A DNA stretch of 44,347 nt, filler included, from Bdellovibrionota bacterium (GTDB taxonomy: Bacteria > Bdellovibrionota > Bdellovibrionia > Bdellovibrionales > JAEYZS01), in assembly GCA_963169515.1 (NCBI GenBank). It is 3 parts of 3 records of this genome, joined end to end, with 100 filler letters (N's around TTAATTAATTAA, not from the genome) between each part and the next. Parts side by side here need not be neighbours in the genome. Positions count along the whole stretch, not along the records: positions 20,988 to 38,257 come from CAUJEF010000170.1; positions 38,358 to 44,347 come from CAUJEF010000173.1; 1 more part is not named here. One strand, given 5' to 3'. Position 1 is the stretch's first letter, and every line of letters starts with the position of its first letter. A program made the translations under genes and the position numbers. Below, in pieces: positions 36,847 through 44,347 of the stretch. The notes below the pieces were generated by a model. It was given only the letters and a program-made list of their open reading frames with translations, was not told the DNA's origin and did not search any database.

Positions 36847-37740
36847 ATGGCAAAGATTGAAAAAAAAGAGTTTCGGTTTCATTCAAAGGCATCTGAAAAG
36901 TATGTTGATATTGTATTCCACTATCAAAATAGCAGAGCGTACGCCACTTCTGTGCCTATTATTTACCGTCGAACAGGCACAGAGATTGAAGACGAAGCTG
37001 TGGATGAATACTTAGATAAAGTTTGGGAGGAAGTTAACCCACAGAACTGGGACAATTGGAGAGCTGAACAAGTTTCTTTTTGGAGTGGTAAGCCCAATGC
37101 TTCAACTACCAAAGGTTTCTTTGATGCTCTAGCACAAAACTTTAATTGGTGTTGTGTTTCTTGCGACCTACCACAAAACCCCAACTGGGCAAGAAGGGTT
37201 CAGGATTTGAAGGAGTTTGGCTACACACTTGCTACAAATACGAGAAGACACTGCTCTAAGTGCGAAGGTAATTCAACGCAATTGATTTTGGTTCCTCTAA
37301 AGCGAGGAGGCATCACAGGTTATGAAACTTGGAGTCCAGAACTAAGGTCAAAGATTGTGTCCCTCCTGAACGAATTTGATGCCTACGAAGCAAAGGTTGG
37401 CAGAAAAGAAGGGTTATTGCCTGACCATAAGTTTCCAGAAATTAGATGGGATGCTGAGACTCGAAGGCATTCACTAGAACATTTATCAGATGAAGAGCTT
37501 AAAAAGGATTTTCAACTTCTTTCAAACCAACGAAACCAGCAAAAGCGAGAGGTCTGTCGTAAGTGCTTCCAGACGGGCAACAGAGGAACAGTTTATGGTA
37601 TACCGTTCTTTTATGAAGGGTCCGAAGTTTGGGACGCCAGCATTCCGAAAATCGGAAAAAAGGCCGAACAGGGATGTGTAGGTTGTGGTTGGTACGATAT
37701 AAACAAATGGCGAACCGAGTTGGCTAAAAAGTTGAAATAG
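36847..37740 (+). CDS. Putative restriction endonuclease (HNH-like, four CxxC)
   Basis: CVSC, CSKC, PDHKFP...QLLSNQRNQQK, CRKC, CVGC; precedes a C5 methyltransferase. Confidence 0.7.
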   Translation: MAKIEKKEFRFHSKASEKYVDIVFHYQNSRAYATSVPIIYRRTGTEIEDEAVDEYLDKVWEEVNPQNWDNWRAEQVSFWSGKPNASTTKGFFDALAQNFNWCCVSCDLPQNPNWARRVQDLKEFGYTLATNTRRHCSKCEGNSTQLILVPLKRGGITGYETWSPELRSKIVSLLNEFDAYEAKVGRKEGLLPDHKFPEIRWDAETRRHSLEHLSDEELKKDFQLLSNQRNQQKREVCRKCFQTGNRGTVYGIPFFYEGSEVWDASIPKIGKKAEQGCVGCGWYDINKWRTELAKKLK

Positions 37741-37879
37741 CTCTCCGCATAAGTTGAAAATCTCCAGACATAATGAATTGAAACTATTGGTTTTTTTACG
37801 CTATACTTTTGTCTAGCAAAGACAAAATTTAAATGCTTAAATTTTCCGCACACGTTCTTGCCTCTGGGGATAACAATTG

Positions 37880-38257
37880 ATGAGTAGAAAAATTCTAGTT
37901 GGAAGTATATGTTCTGGTATTGAAGCAGCGTCAGTTGCTTGGAAAAATCTTGATTTCGAGTTCTCTTGGTTTTCAGAGATTGCTGATTTTCCCTCAAGAT
38001 TTTTAGCGTTGAAATATCCTGAAGTGAAAAATCTTGGCGATATGTGTGAGATACCATCTAGACTTGAAAACAAAGAGATTGTGGCGCCTGACCTAATTTG
38101 TGGAGGCACTCCCTGCCAAGCTTTTTCACTTGCTGGTTGGAAAAAAGGTCTAGAAGACACGCGAGGTAATCTAACTCTAAAGTTTGTGGACATTATTGAA
38201 ACTAACGACATCGTTCGAAAGGCCAATAAGAAAAAGCCAACTGTAGTATTTTGGGAA
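37880..38257 (+). CDS. DNA (cytosine-5)-methyltransferase, truncated at contig end
   Basis: SICSGIEA (motif I), [12 protein letters not shown] (motif IV), start of motif VI (VFWE). Confidence 0.92.
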
Positions 38258-38357
38258 NNNNNNNNNNNNNNNNNNNNNNNNNNNNNNNNNNNNNNNNNNN
38301 NTTAATTAATTAANNNNNNNNNNNNNNNNNNNNNNNNNNNNNNNNNNNNNNNNNNNN
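38258..38357. other. Artificial contig linker
   Basis: N-run flanking TTAATTAATTAA. Confidence 0.98.
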
Positions 38358-39957
38358 TGTCAAAGCGAATAAAGTGAACACCAAGTGCCTTAGCTAATTG
38401 CTTTGAAATTTCTGTCTTACCAACTCCTGTTGGACCGGAAAAAAGAAAGTTACCGACAGGTTTGTCGTCGCGACCAAGCCCTGAGCGAGCCACTTTGATA
38501 GCCGTTGTCAGGGCATCTACCGCTTTATCCTGCCCATAAATAACCAGTTTTAAATTTTTGTCCAAGGTTTGAAGCTTTTCTTTTTCGTCGCTTCGGACGG
38601 TTTGCGGTGGCAACCCTGACAGATCCGCTACGACTTCTTCGATATCTTTGACTTGGATCGTAGAATTGTTCTTCCCTTTTAATTTCTTTTGTAGTTTTTT
38701 ACGTGAACCAGCTTCATCTATCACGTCAATGGATTTGTCTGGTTGAGCCTTTCCTGTGATATGAAGGTCAGACAATTCTGCCGCAGCCCGAATTGCGTCT
38801 TGGTGATACTGAACGGCATGAAAATCCTCATAGGTCTTTTTCAAGCCTTCGAGAATTTTAATCGTTTCATCTCGAGAGGGCTCGTTTACATCGATTTTTT
38901 GAAAGCGGCGGACCAGGGCACGATCTTTTTCAAAATGCTGGCGATAATCTTTAAAAGTTGTGGAGCCAATGAAACGAATGGTTCCTTGGGTAAGAACTGG
39001 CTTTAATAAATTCGAGGCATCCATTGAGCCACCTTGTGTGCCGCCAGCGCCGATAATGGTGTGGACCTCATCAATAAATAAAATCGAATTAGGCTTGTCC
39101 TCTAAGGATTTTAAAACGAGCTTTAATCTTTCTTCAAAGTCCCCGCGAAATTTTGTTCCAGCAAGTAAAGAACCCATATCTAACGAATAGACGACGGCGT
39201 CCTTTAGTTGTTCCGGGACATCGCCTTCAACTATTTTTTTGGCAAATCCTTCGACAATAGCTGTCTTACCAACTCCAGGATCACCAATCAGGATTGGATT
39301 ATTCTTTGTTTTCCGACACAAGGTGCGAACCATTTTTTTTAGAATGTCTTCGCGTCCGATCAAGGGATCGATGCGCCCTAATTTCGCTTTTTCATTTAAA
39401 TTAATTGCAAAATTTTGGATTTGAGTTTGAACATTTTCTTGGGCGCCTCGTATGTCGCCGAAGGGACTGATCGGAGCGCGTGAAACGCCATGGGACATAA
39501 AATTAATGACATCAAAGCGAGTCGCCCCATGATTTTTTAATAGGTAAAGCGCATAAGATTCCTTTTCATCAAAGATTGCGACAAGCAAATGTTCGGGTTC
39601 CACAAGGGGTATTCCTGAGCTCTGAACCTGAATAATTGCTCTTTGCAAAACGCGTTGTATGACCAACGTAATTTGTGGCGGATCTTTAACGCGTCCGGCA
39701 GGGGACAGGCCGCCTGGGGTTGCTGGCGGATTGAGTTGTTGGACTTTGGGGTTTTGTGGATTTTGCTTTTTTAAATACTCGATAAGGTCATGCTCAAGGT
39801 TTGCGATGTTAACAGAGCATGCGCTTAAAACTTGCTGAATTTTTGGATCGGAAGTTAGGGCATAAAGTATATGTTCAAGTGTTACAAACTCGTGAGAGTT
39901 TTTTGCGGCATATTCAATCGCGGTTTCTAAAATCCTTTGTGAGCGAGGGGACAACAT
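38358..39957 (-). CDS. clpA: ATP-dependent Clp protease ATPase ClpA (3'-truncated)
   Basis: [39 protein letters not shown]; follows clpS. Confidence 0.95.
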
Positions 39958-39980
39958 CTTTTATCCTCCTAAGGCACAGG

Positions 39981-40292
39981 TTAGCCTTCTTTTTCAATCA
40001 CGCTTTTTAACGGATGCTCGTTTTTGCGTGAGTACATATTCACTTGGGCAGATTTCATCTCGGCGATTTCGAAGGAAAACACACCCGCGACGCCTGACCC
40101 TTGAGTATGTACTGCCATCATTATATCATAAGCTTCGGTTTCAGTCTTATTAAAAAATTTTTTTAAAACATGAATCACAAAATCCATAGGCGTGTAGTCA
40201 TCATTTAATAAGATAACTTTATATAGGGACGGAGGCTGTAATTTTTCCTTTACCTCAATACCTGTCTGCTCTTGCGTTTCATTCTGTGCCAT
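39981..40292 (-). CDS. clpS: Clp adaptor ClpS
   Basis: YKVILLNDDYTPMDFV...VHTQG...HPL. Confidence 0.97.
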   Translation of the reverse strand: MAQNETQEQTGIEVKEKLQPPSLYKVILLNDDYTPMDFVIHVLKKFFNKTETEAYDIMMAVHTQGSGVAGVFSFEIAEMKSAQVNMYSRKNEHPLKSVIEKEG

Positions 40293-43043
40293 CTAAAAAG
40301 TTCCAAAGGATACGTGAATCCTATATTCATCTTCGTTCTTTGACCGGTCGCGGTCTAACTTATATCCGTACTCTAGCCTAAACGGGCCTGCAGGTGTTAC
40401 ATATCTGATACCAAGACCTGCGCTATCCCTAAATTCGTCTTTTAGGTCAAAACCAGTCACATTTACCGCGCCGCCATCATAAAATAGCACGCTCTCAAAT
40501 TGGCCAAAGACCGGAATGCGTAACTCGCTTTTTAAAAGATAATAATGACTGTCGTCAGCCACGCGGATTGTTTTTCCCGACCGATCAAGTTCGCCAGGAA
40601 TTTCAAGCGGTTTAAACCCACGAATGGTATCTCGGCCGCCCAGCTTGAAAATTTCTATATCAGGGACGGCGCTTCCGGAAACGTCGCTCAAGTTTTTGAG
40701 ATAACCGCCACTTACAGAATTTGCCCAAACGGTGCCCAAGACCTTTGTCGGTTTGTACCAGTTGACGTTTCCAGTCACTTGTAGAAATCGGACATCTTTT
40801 GATGACGCAAATGAAGGATCGGCGTATTCCATATCAAATTTGGAATATGTGCCGTCTGTCGTGACAAAGGGGTTGTTCCGATAATCTAATTCAAGTGTTG
40901 GTCCAACGGTACCAATCACCACGTTTTCTGTAACTTGTTTTGATGGAATGAGGAATTCGCGGTTGCCAGATAATGACCAAAGGTTCCATGTAAATTTTAA
41001 ATGTCGGGTAAGTTCGCGCTCTAGTAAGAATTGAATCTTATTGCTTTCAACTGCTTTTGCGTCTTCTGTAGGGTTACTTTCAACATCACGGGATAAAAGT
41101 TCGCGTGCCCGAATAAGATTAATACGCCCGCGTGTTTTTGAGCCAAATACAAACGGTTCGAAGTATCCAACTGTTAATCTGTGATCAATAATTTCAAGAT
41201 CGGTAACTCGTTTGACCTCAAGCTGATTTTTGATACTGCGGCCGGTACCAGCCAGATTTTTGTAAGACAGCCCGAGGTATCCGCGGACAGTCAAACCGAA
41301 CTCAGTATTCACACCGACGCCAAAATTAAAAAGGCCAGGGTCACTTTCTGCTACTTTAACAATAATATTTCTTTTTGAAACTTTTGTACCAATCTCAAGT
41401 TGTGTAATCGATACTTGTGAAAATAACCCCGTTTTTTGCAAGCTGGATTCTGAATATCCAACATTTTCAGGTGTTAACACATCGCCGACCTCAAATTCTA
41501 ATTCTTTGATGATGACATAATCTTTGGTGAGGGTATTTCCTTCAACGATGATGCCGCCGACGATGACTTGGGGGCCTTCATAAAGCGACAGTTCGACGTC
41601 GGCGACCGTATGGCTAGCATTATATTTAATCATGTCGGCGCTTTGGCTTTCTACGCGCATGTCCATGTAACCTCTTGATTTATAAAATTGAGTGAGGCGC
41701 TGAATGCTATTTTCAATCGCGTTTAACTGAAGTGGTGCATTTTCAGTTAGACCAATAACCTTCAGTAGCTGTTCTTTTGAAAATGCATCGATCCCTGCAA
41801 TATTTATTTTACCAATTCTTGTTAGGGGGCCTTCATCCATCAAGACAGTAATGGTTACTTGCTCTCGATTGCTTGAAAAGCTAGCTTGGACAGAAAGAAT
41901 CTTTGATTGCAAAAATCCTTGGTTTTGAAGTTCTGATATTAAATTGTCCGTCCCTTGCTTGATGTGTTCTTGATTATAATATCGGTTTTTGACGAGCTGA
42001 CTTGAATGTTTTAAAATAAATTTTTCATAGTATTTAGGATCTCGGGAAAAATTCCCGCGGATTTGTATTTCCTTTATTTTTGTGCGCGGCCCCTCCTCTA
42101 TTTTAAAAAATACTTTTCTTGAAAAGGTCTTCGGGTGAATTTTTTCTGTCGTTGCAACTTTGATATGAGGGTATCCGGATTCCTCATAAAGATTTTTAAT
42201 TCGGTTTGCGATCTCGGCTGTTGGATTGGATCCAAACTGGCTATCAGAATTTACTTTTATTTTATTTAAAATATCATTCGAAGAAATTTCTTTTTCGCCA
42301 TCGAGGAAGATGACGTAACTGTATGGGTTTTCAATAATATAGTTCACGGAAACCTCAGTTTTATTCTCATTGTAAATAAAGGTTGGGCCTTTGAGTACGG
42401 CACTTAAAAGTCGATCCTCTACAAATTTATCTCGAAGTTCATTTTCAATTTCTAAAATAGCCTCTTCGCTGAGCGGTTTACCAGTGTATTTTTTCAAAAT
42501 CTTTGAAAGTGATTCTTTCAGGAGCTCGTTTTCCGTAACAAAATTTATCTCTTTGATCTGTGTAGGGATATTTTCTTGTATTTGAATTTGAATGTGGACT
42601 TGACCATCGTTCATGGCCTCAGGCGAAATGGAAACGATTGTGTTAAAATATCCAGCCTTTCCATAGAGCTCTTTTATGGCTTCTGCGCCATCCACCAGCT
42701 TTTGTTGCATATAGCGATCGTCGGCTGTGGCGTTAAAAGCTTCCAAAACATCGGAATTACTGAAATGCGAAGCTCCGGTCACAGTGATGTCAGATATTTT
42801 TCGAAGTGGGGTTCCTTCGAAAACAAGCACAGTGCCCTTGTAATAGGCACGAACTTTTTCAAACCTTTCTGACTGATACAGTAATTTTAAGACATCGTCG
42901 ATTTCGGTCGGACTTAAATTTTTTATTTGATAGCCGGGTCGGTCCTTTTGGATGCTTTGGACGAGGGAGTTTGGAACACCCTCAAAGTGCATATTTGCAA
43001 ATGCATCAATAGAAAATAGAATAGTTAAAAACAAATATCTCAT
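40293..43043 (-). CDS. Omp85-family (BamA/TamA-like) protein with multiple POTRA domains
   Basis: Repeated POTRA motifs (YGKAGY, YEESGY, YKSRGY, EGP), GGRDTIRGF, GLGIRYVTPAGPFRLEYG, terminal F. Confidence 0.9.
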   Translation of the reverse strand: MRYLFLTILFSIDAFANMHFEGVPNSLVQSIQKDRPGYQIKNLSPTEIDDVLKLLYQSERFEKVRAYYKGTVLVFEGTPLRKISDITVTGASHFSNSDVLEAFNATADDRYMQQKLVDGAEAIKELYGKAGYFNTIVSISPEAMNDGQVHIQIQIQENIPTQIKEINFVTENELLKESLSKILKKYTGKPLSEEAILEIENELRDKFVEDRLLSAVLKGPTFIYNENKTEVSVNYIIENPYSYVIFLDGEKEISSNDILNKIKVNSDSQFGSNPTAEIANRIKNLYEESGYPHIKVATTEKIHPKTFSRKVFFKIEEGPRTKIKEIQIRGNFSRDPKYYEKFILKHSSQLVKNRYYNQEHIKQGTDNLISELQNQGFLQSKILSVQASFSSNREQVTITVLMDEGPLTRIGKINIAGIDAFSKEQLLKVIGLTENAPLQLNAIENSIQRLTQFYKSRGYMDMRVESQSADMIKYNASHTVADVELSLYEGPQVIVGGIIVEGNTLTKDYVIIKELEFEVGDVLTPENVGYSESSLQKTGLFSQVSITQLEIGTKVSKRNIIVKVAESDPGLFNFGVGVNTEFGLTVRGYLGLSYKNLAGTGRSIKNQLEVKRVTDLEIIDHRLTVGYFEPFVFGSKTRGRINLIRARELLSRDVESNPTEDAKAVESNKIQFLLERELTRHLKFTWNLWSLSGNREFLIPSKQVTENVVIGTVGPTLELDYRNNPFVTTDGTYSKFDMEYADPSFASSKDVRFLQVTGNVNWYKPTKVLGTVWANSVSGGYLKNLSDVSGSAVPDIEIFKLGGRDTIRGFKPLEIPGELDRSGKTIRVADDSHYYLLKSELRIPVFGQFESVLFYDGGAVNVTGFDLKDEFRDSAGLGIRYVTPAGPFRLEYGYKLDRDRSKNEDEYRIHVSFGTF

Positions 43044-44347
43044 TTAAACTCGATCTTGTATTCTAAATCTAAACCCAAAATGCTATCGTTTTTCTGATCT
43101 TTCTGCTGAATGACCCCAGTGGCGGTGGGTACATTTTCTTTTCCTTCCCAGCTTCCAATCAGGGAAACGTGCTTATTCAGTTGATACTCTACCTTTACGT
43201 CTTGTGTGACAAAATCTCCAAATGTGCGACTTGCACTTGTGCCCACGCGAGGTGTCCATTGGCGGGACACTGTAACTTTTGGAACGGGGGAGTTGTTTGA
43301 TTCGTCCATACCAGAGGATAGTTTTACATTGAACCCAGTGCGATTTTTGATTTCTTTCCCCAGTGGATTTGCCGACAGAATTGCCGTTCCAATCTCTGCC
43401 GATTGGCGGTAAAACTCTGAATTTTTTTCTTCCCCAATATTTTCGGAAGAGACCCCGAGCGCAAGCAATGTAACGATGTCTTTTTCATTTCTGGGCGGAT
43501 TACTCGATAAATTTATAACTGGATTTTCAGCGGTTCCTTGTATCAAAAGATTTATGTCATAGTTTTGTGTGCGATTTCCGATCTTTTCGCTGACGGTTGT
43601 CATGGCTTCAATATAGAGCGCGGGGTTAAGGCGAGTGGGGTTGTTAAATTTTAAATCGGCGGTTGTAATCTGGAACGGAGTTTCGCGGAAGAACATCTGT
43701 GGGCCTTTGGGGCCACTTAAAGTGCCTTTTGCAATTGAAAGTTGGCCTGCCAAAATGGGATTTTCTGGCGTGCCAGTGATCGTTAAGTTTCCTAACATTT
43801 TTGCATCGATCAAATCGTTGGTGATCTGTACGCCGCGACTGATATTGGTTGCAACATTTAGCTCTAGCACTTGTGAACCTTTTTTTCTTAAAAATTCTGG
43901 CAAAAGATTACTGCGCTTGACTGTGCTGTTCGAAAGATAGTTTTCAAATTTCTTCGTTATTAGGCCATTTGAAATCACATAGCTTGATTTTAGCATAAAC
44001 GGAAACCAAGATCCTGTTATTAAAAAATCCCCGGACCCTTCAGTGCTAAATCCTTCTGGAATTTTAAATTTGACATTGTCGTAACTGCCTTGAATGCGTG
44101 TCGGGAAATTTTTGAAATCTTTTATCTCGACTTGGCCTGTTGCGTTCACGCGTCCGTTTGCAAAAAGACTTGTGAACCGATTAATAAGAATTTTATCAGA
44201 ACTAAATAACAGGTCTAAGTTGAAGTTTTCAAAAGCGTGGGGGAGTGTCGTTACTTTGATGTAGCCATCTTCAATAAATGCAGAGCCAAGTATGGCGAGA
44301 TCGTTTGGATTAATTTTACTTTGAGACGAAATAGCCATCACGCCCTT
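43040..44347 (-). CDS. tamB: Translocation/assembly module TamB C-terminal region (5'-truncated)
   Basis: GNLTITGTPENPIL, LSSNPP...DIVTLLALG, terminal LEYKIEFK; ATGA overlap with the Omp85 gene. Confidence 0.85.
   Translation of the reverse strand, partial: KGVMAISSQSKINPNDLAILGSAFIEDGYIKVTTLPHAFENFNLDLLFSSDKILINRFTSLFANGRVNATGQVEIKDFKNFPTRIQGSYDNVKFKIPEGFSTEGSGDFLITGSWFPFMLKSSYVISNGLITKKFENYLSNSTVKRSNLLPEFLRKKGSQVLELNVATNISRGVQITNDLIDAKMLGNLTITGTPENPILAGQLSIAKGTLSGPKGPQMFFRETPFQITTADLKFNNPTRLNPALYIEAMTTVSEKIGNRTQNYDINLLIQGTAENPVINLSSNPPRNEKDIVTLLALGVSSENIGEEKNSEFYRQSAEIGTAILSANPLGKEIKNRTGFNVKLSSGMDESNNSPVPKVTVSRQWTPRVGTSASRTFGDFVTQDVKVEYQLNKHVSLIGSWEGKENVPTATGVIQQKDQKNDSILGLDLEYKIEFK

Larger units (their letters stand above)
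29689..38257. mobile_element. Integrative element at tmRNA 3' end (right end lost at contig break)
   Basis: XRE and tyrosine integrase follow ssrA; FtsK-like ATPase, Rep_trans protein and R-M cargo; visibly more AT-rich. Distal att copy not seen. Confidence 0.85.

Noticed and set aside
29689..38257. Prophage or inovirus
   Set aside because: No capsid, terminase, tail or small hydrophobic coat genes are visible. The ATPase has an N-terminal TM and FtsK-type motifs rather than a Zot layout. The missing right end leaves some doubt.
1..44347. Many short antisense or alternate-frame ORFs in the track (e.g. 3362-3790, 12095-12451, 33570-33992, 37611-38057)
   Set aside because: Shadows of well-supported genes, with no RBS or recognisable motifs.
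1..44347. CRISPR array, rRNA or stand-alone tRNA
   Set aside because: No regularly spaced repeats or rRNA seen; the only tRNA-like arm belongs to tmRNA.

Overview
The window joins three contig pieces (1-20887, 20988-38257, 38358-44347) with artificial N-TTAATTAATTAA-N linkers, so adjacency across the linkers is not biological. The source is most likely a Bdellovibrionota-type bacterium, inferred from the tmRNA tag GNDYALAA and several ~277-aa flagellins. Piece 1 is a flagellar region: csrA-fliW, prmA-rsmE-RDD-rfaE2, meaB, HNH-PilZ, three flagellins interrupted by a secreted lipase-like gene, and flaG-fliD-fliS. It carries seven sigma28-type promoter matches and CsrA-type GGA hairpins. Piece 2 holds a HEPN/MNT toxin-antitoxin pair with a perfect 42-bp palindrome, housekeeping genes, tmRNA, and an AT-rich element beginning at the tmRNA 3' end (XRE, tyrosine integrase, SSB-like/FtsK-like/Rep_trans module, HNH-type nuclease plus C5 methyltransferase). 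Piece 3 is tamB-omp85-clpS-clpA. The most striking observation is a set of complementary sequences linking the untranslated regions of the three flagellin genes. The predicted 5' end of flagellin-1 mRNA is a perfect 19-nt antisense to a hairpin in the flagellin-2 leader. That hairpin's loop is complementary to a hairpin loop in the flagellin-3 leader. The 5' end of flagellin-2 mRNA can pair with the flagellin-3 leader. A terminator-ended structured element behind flagellin-2 can pair with both ends of flagellin-1 mRNA. Together these suggest an mRNA-mRNA pairing network among flagellin paralogs that I do not know to be described. All structures were read by eye, not computed.
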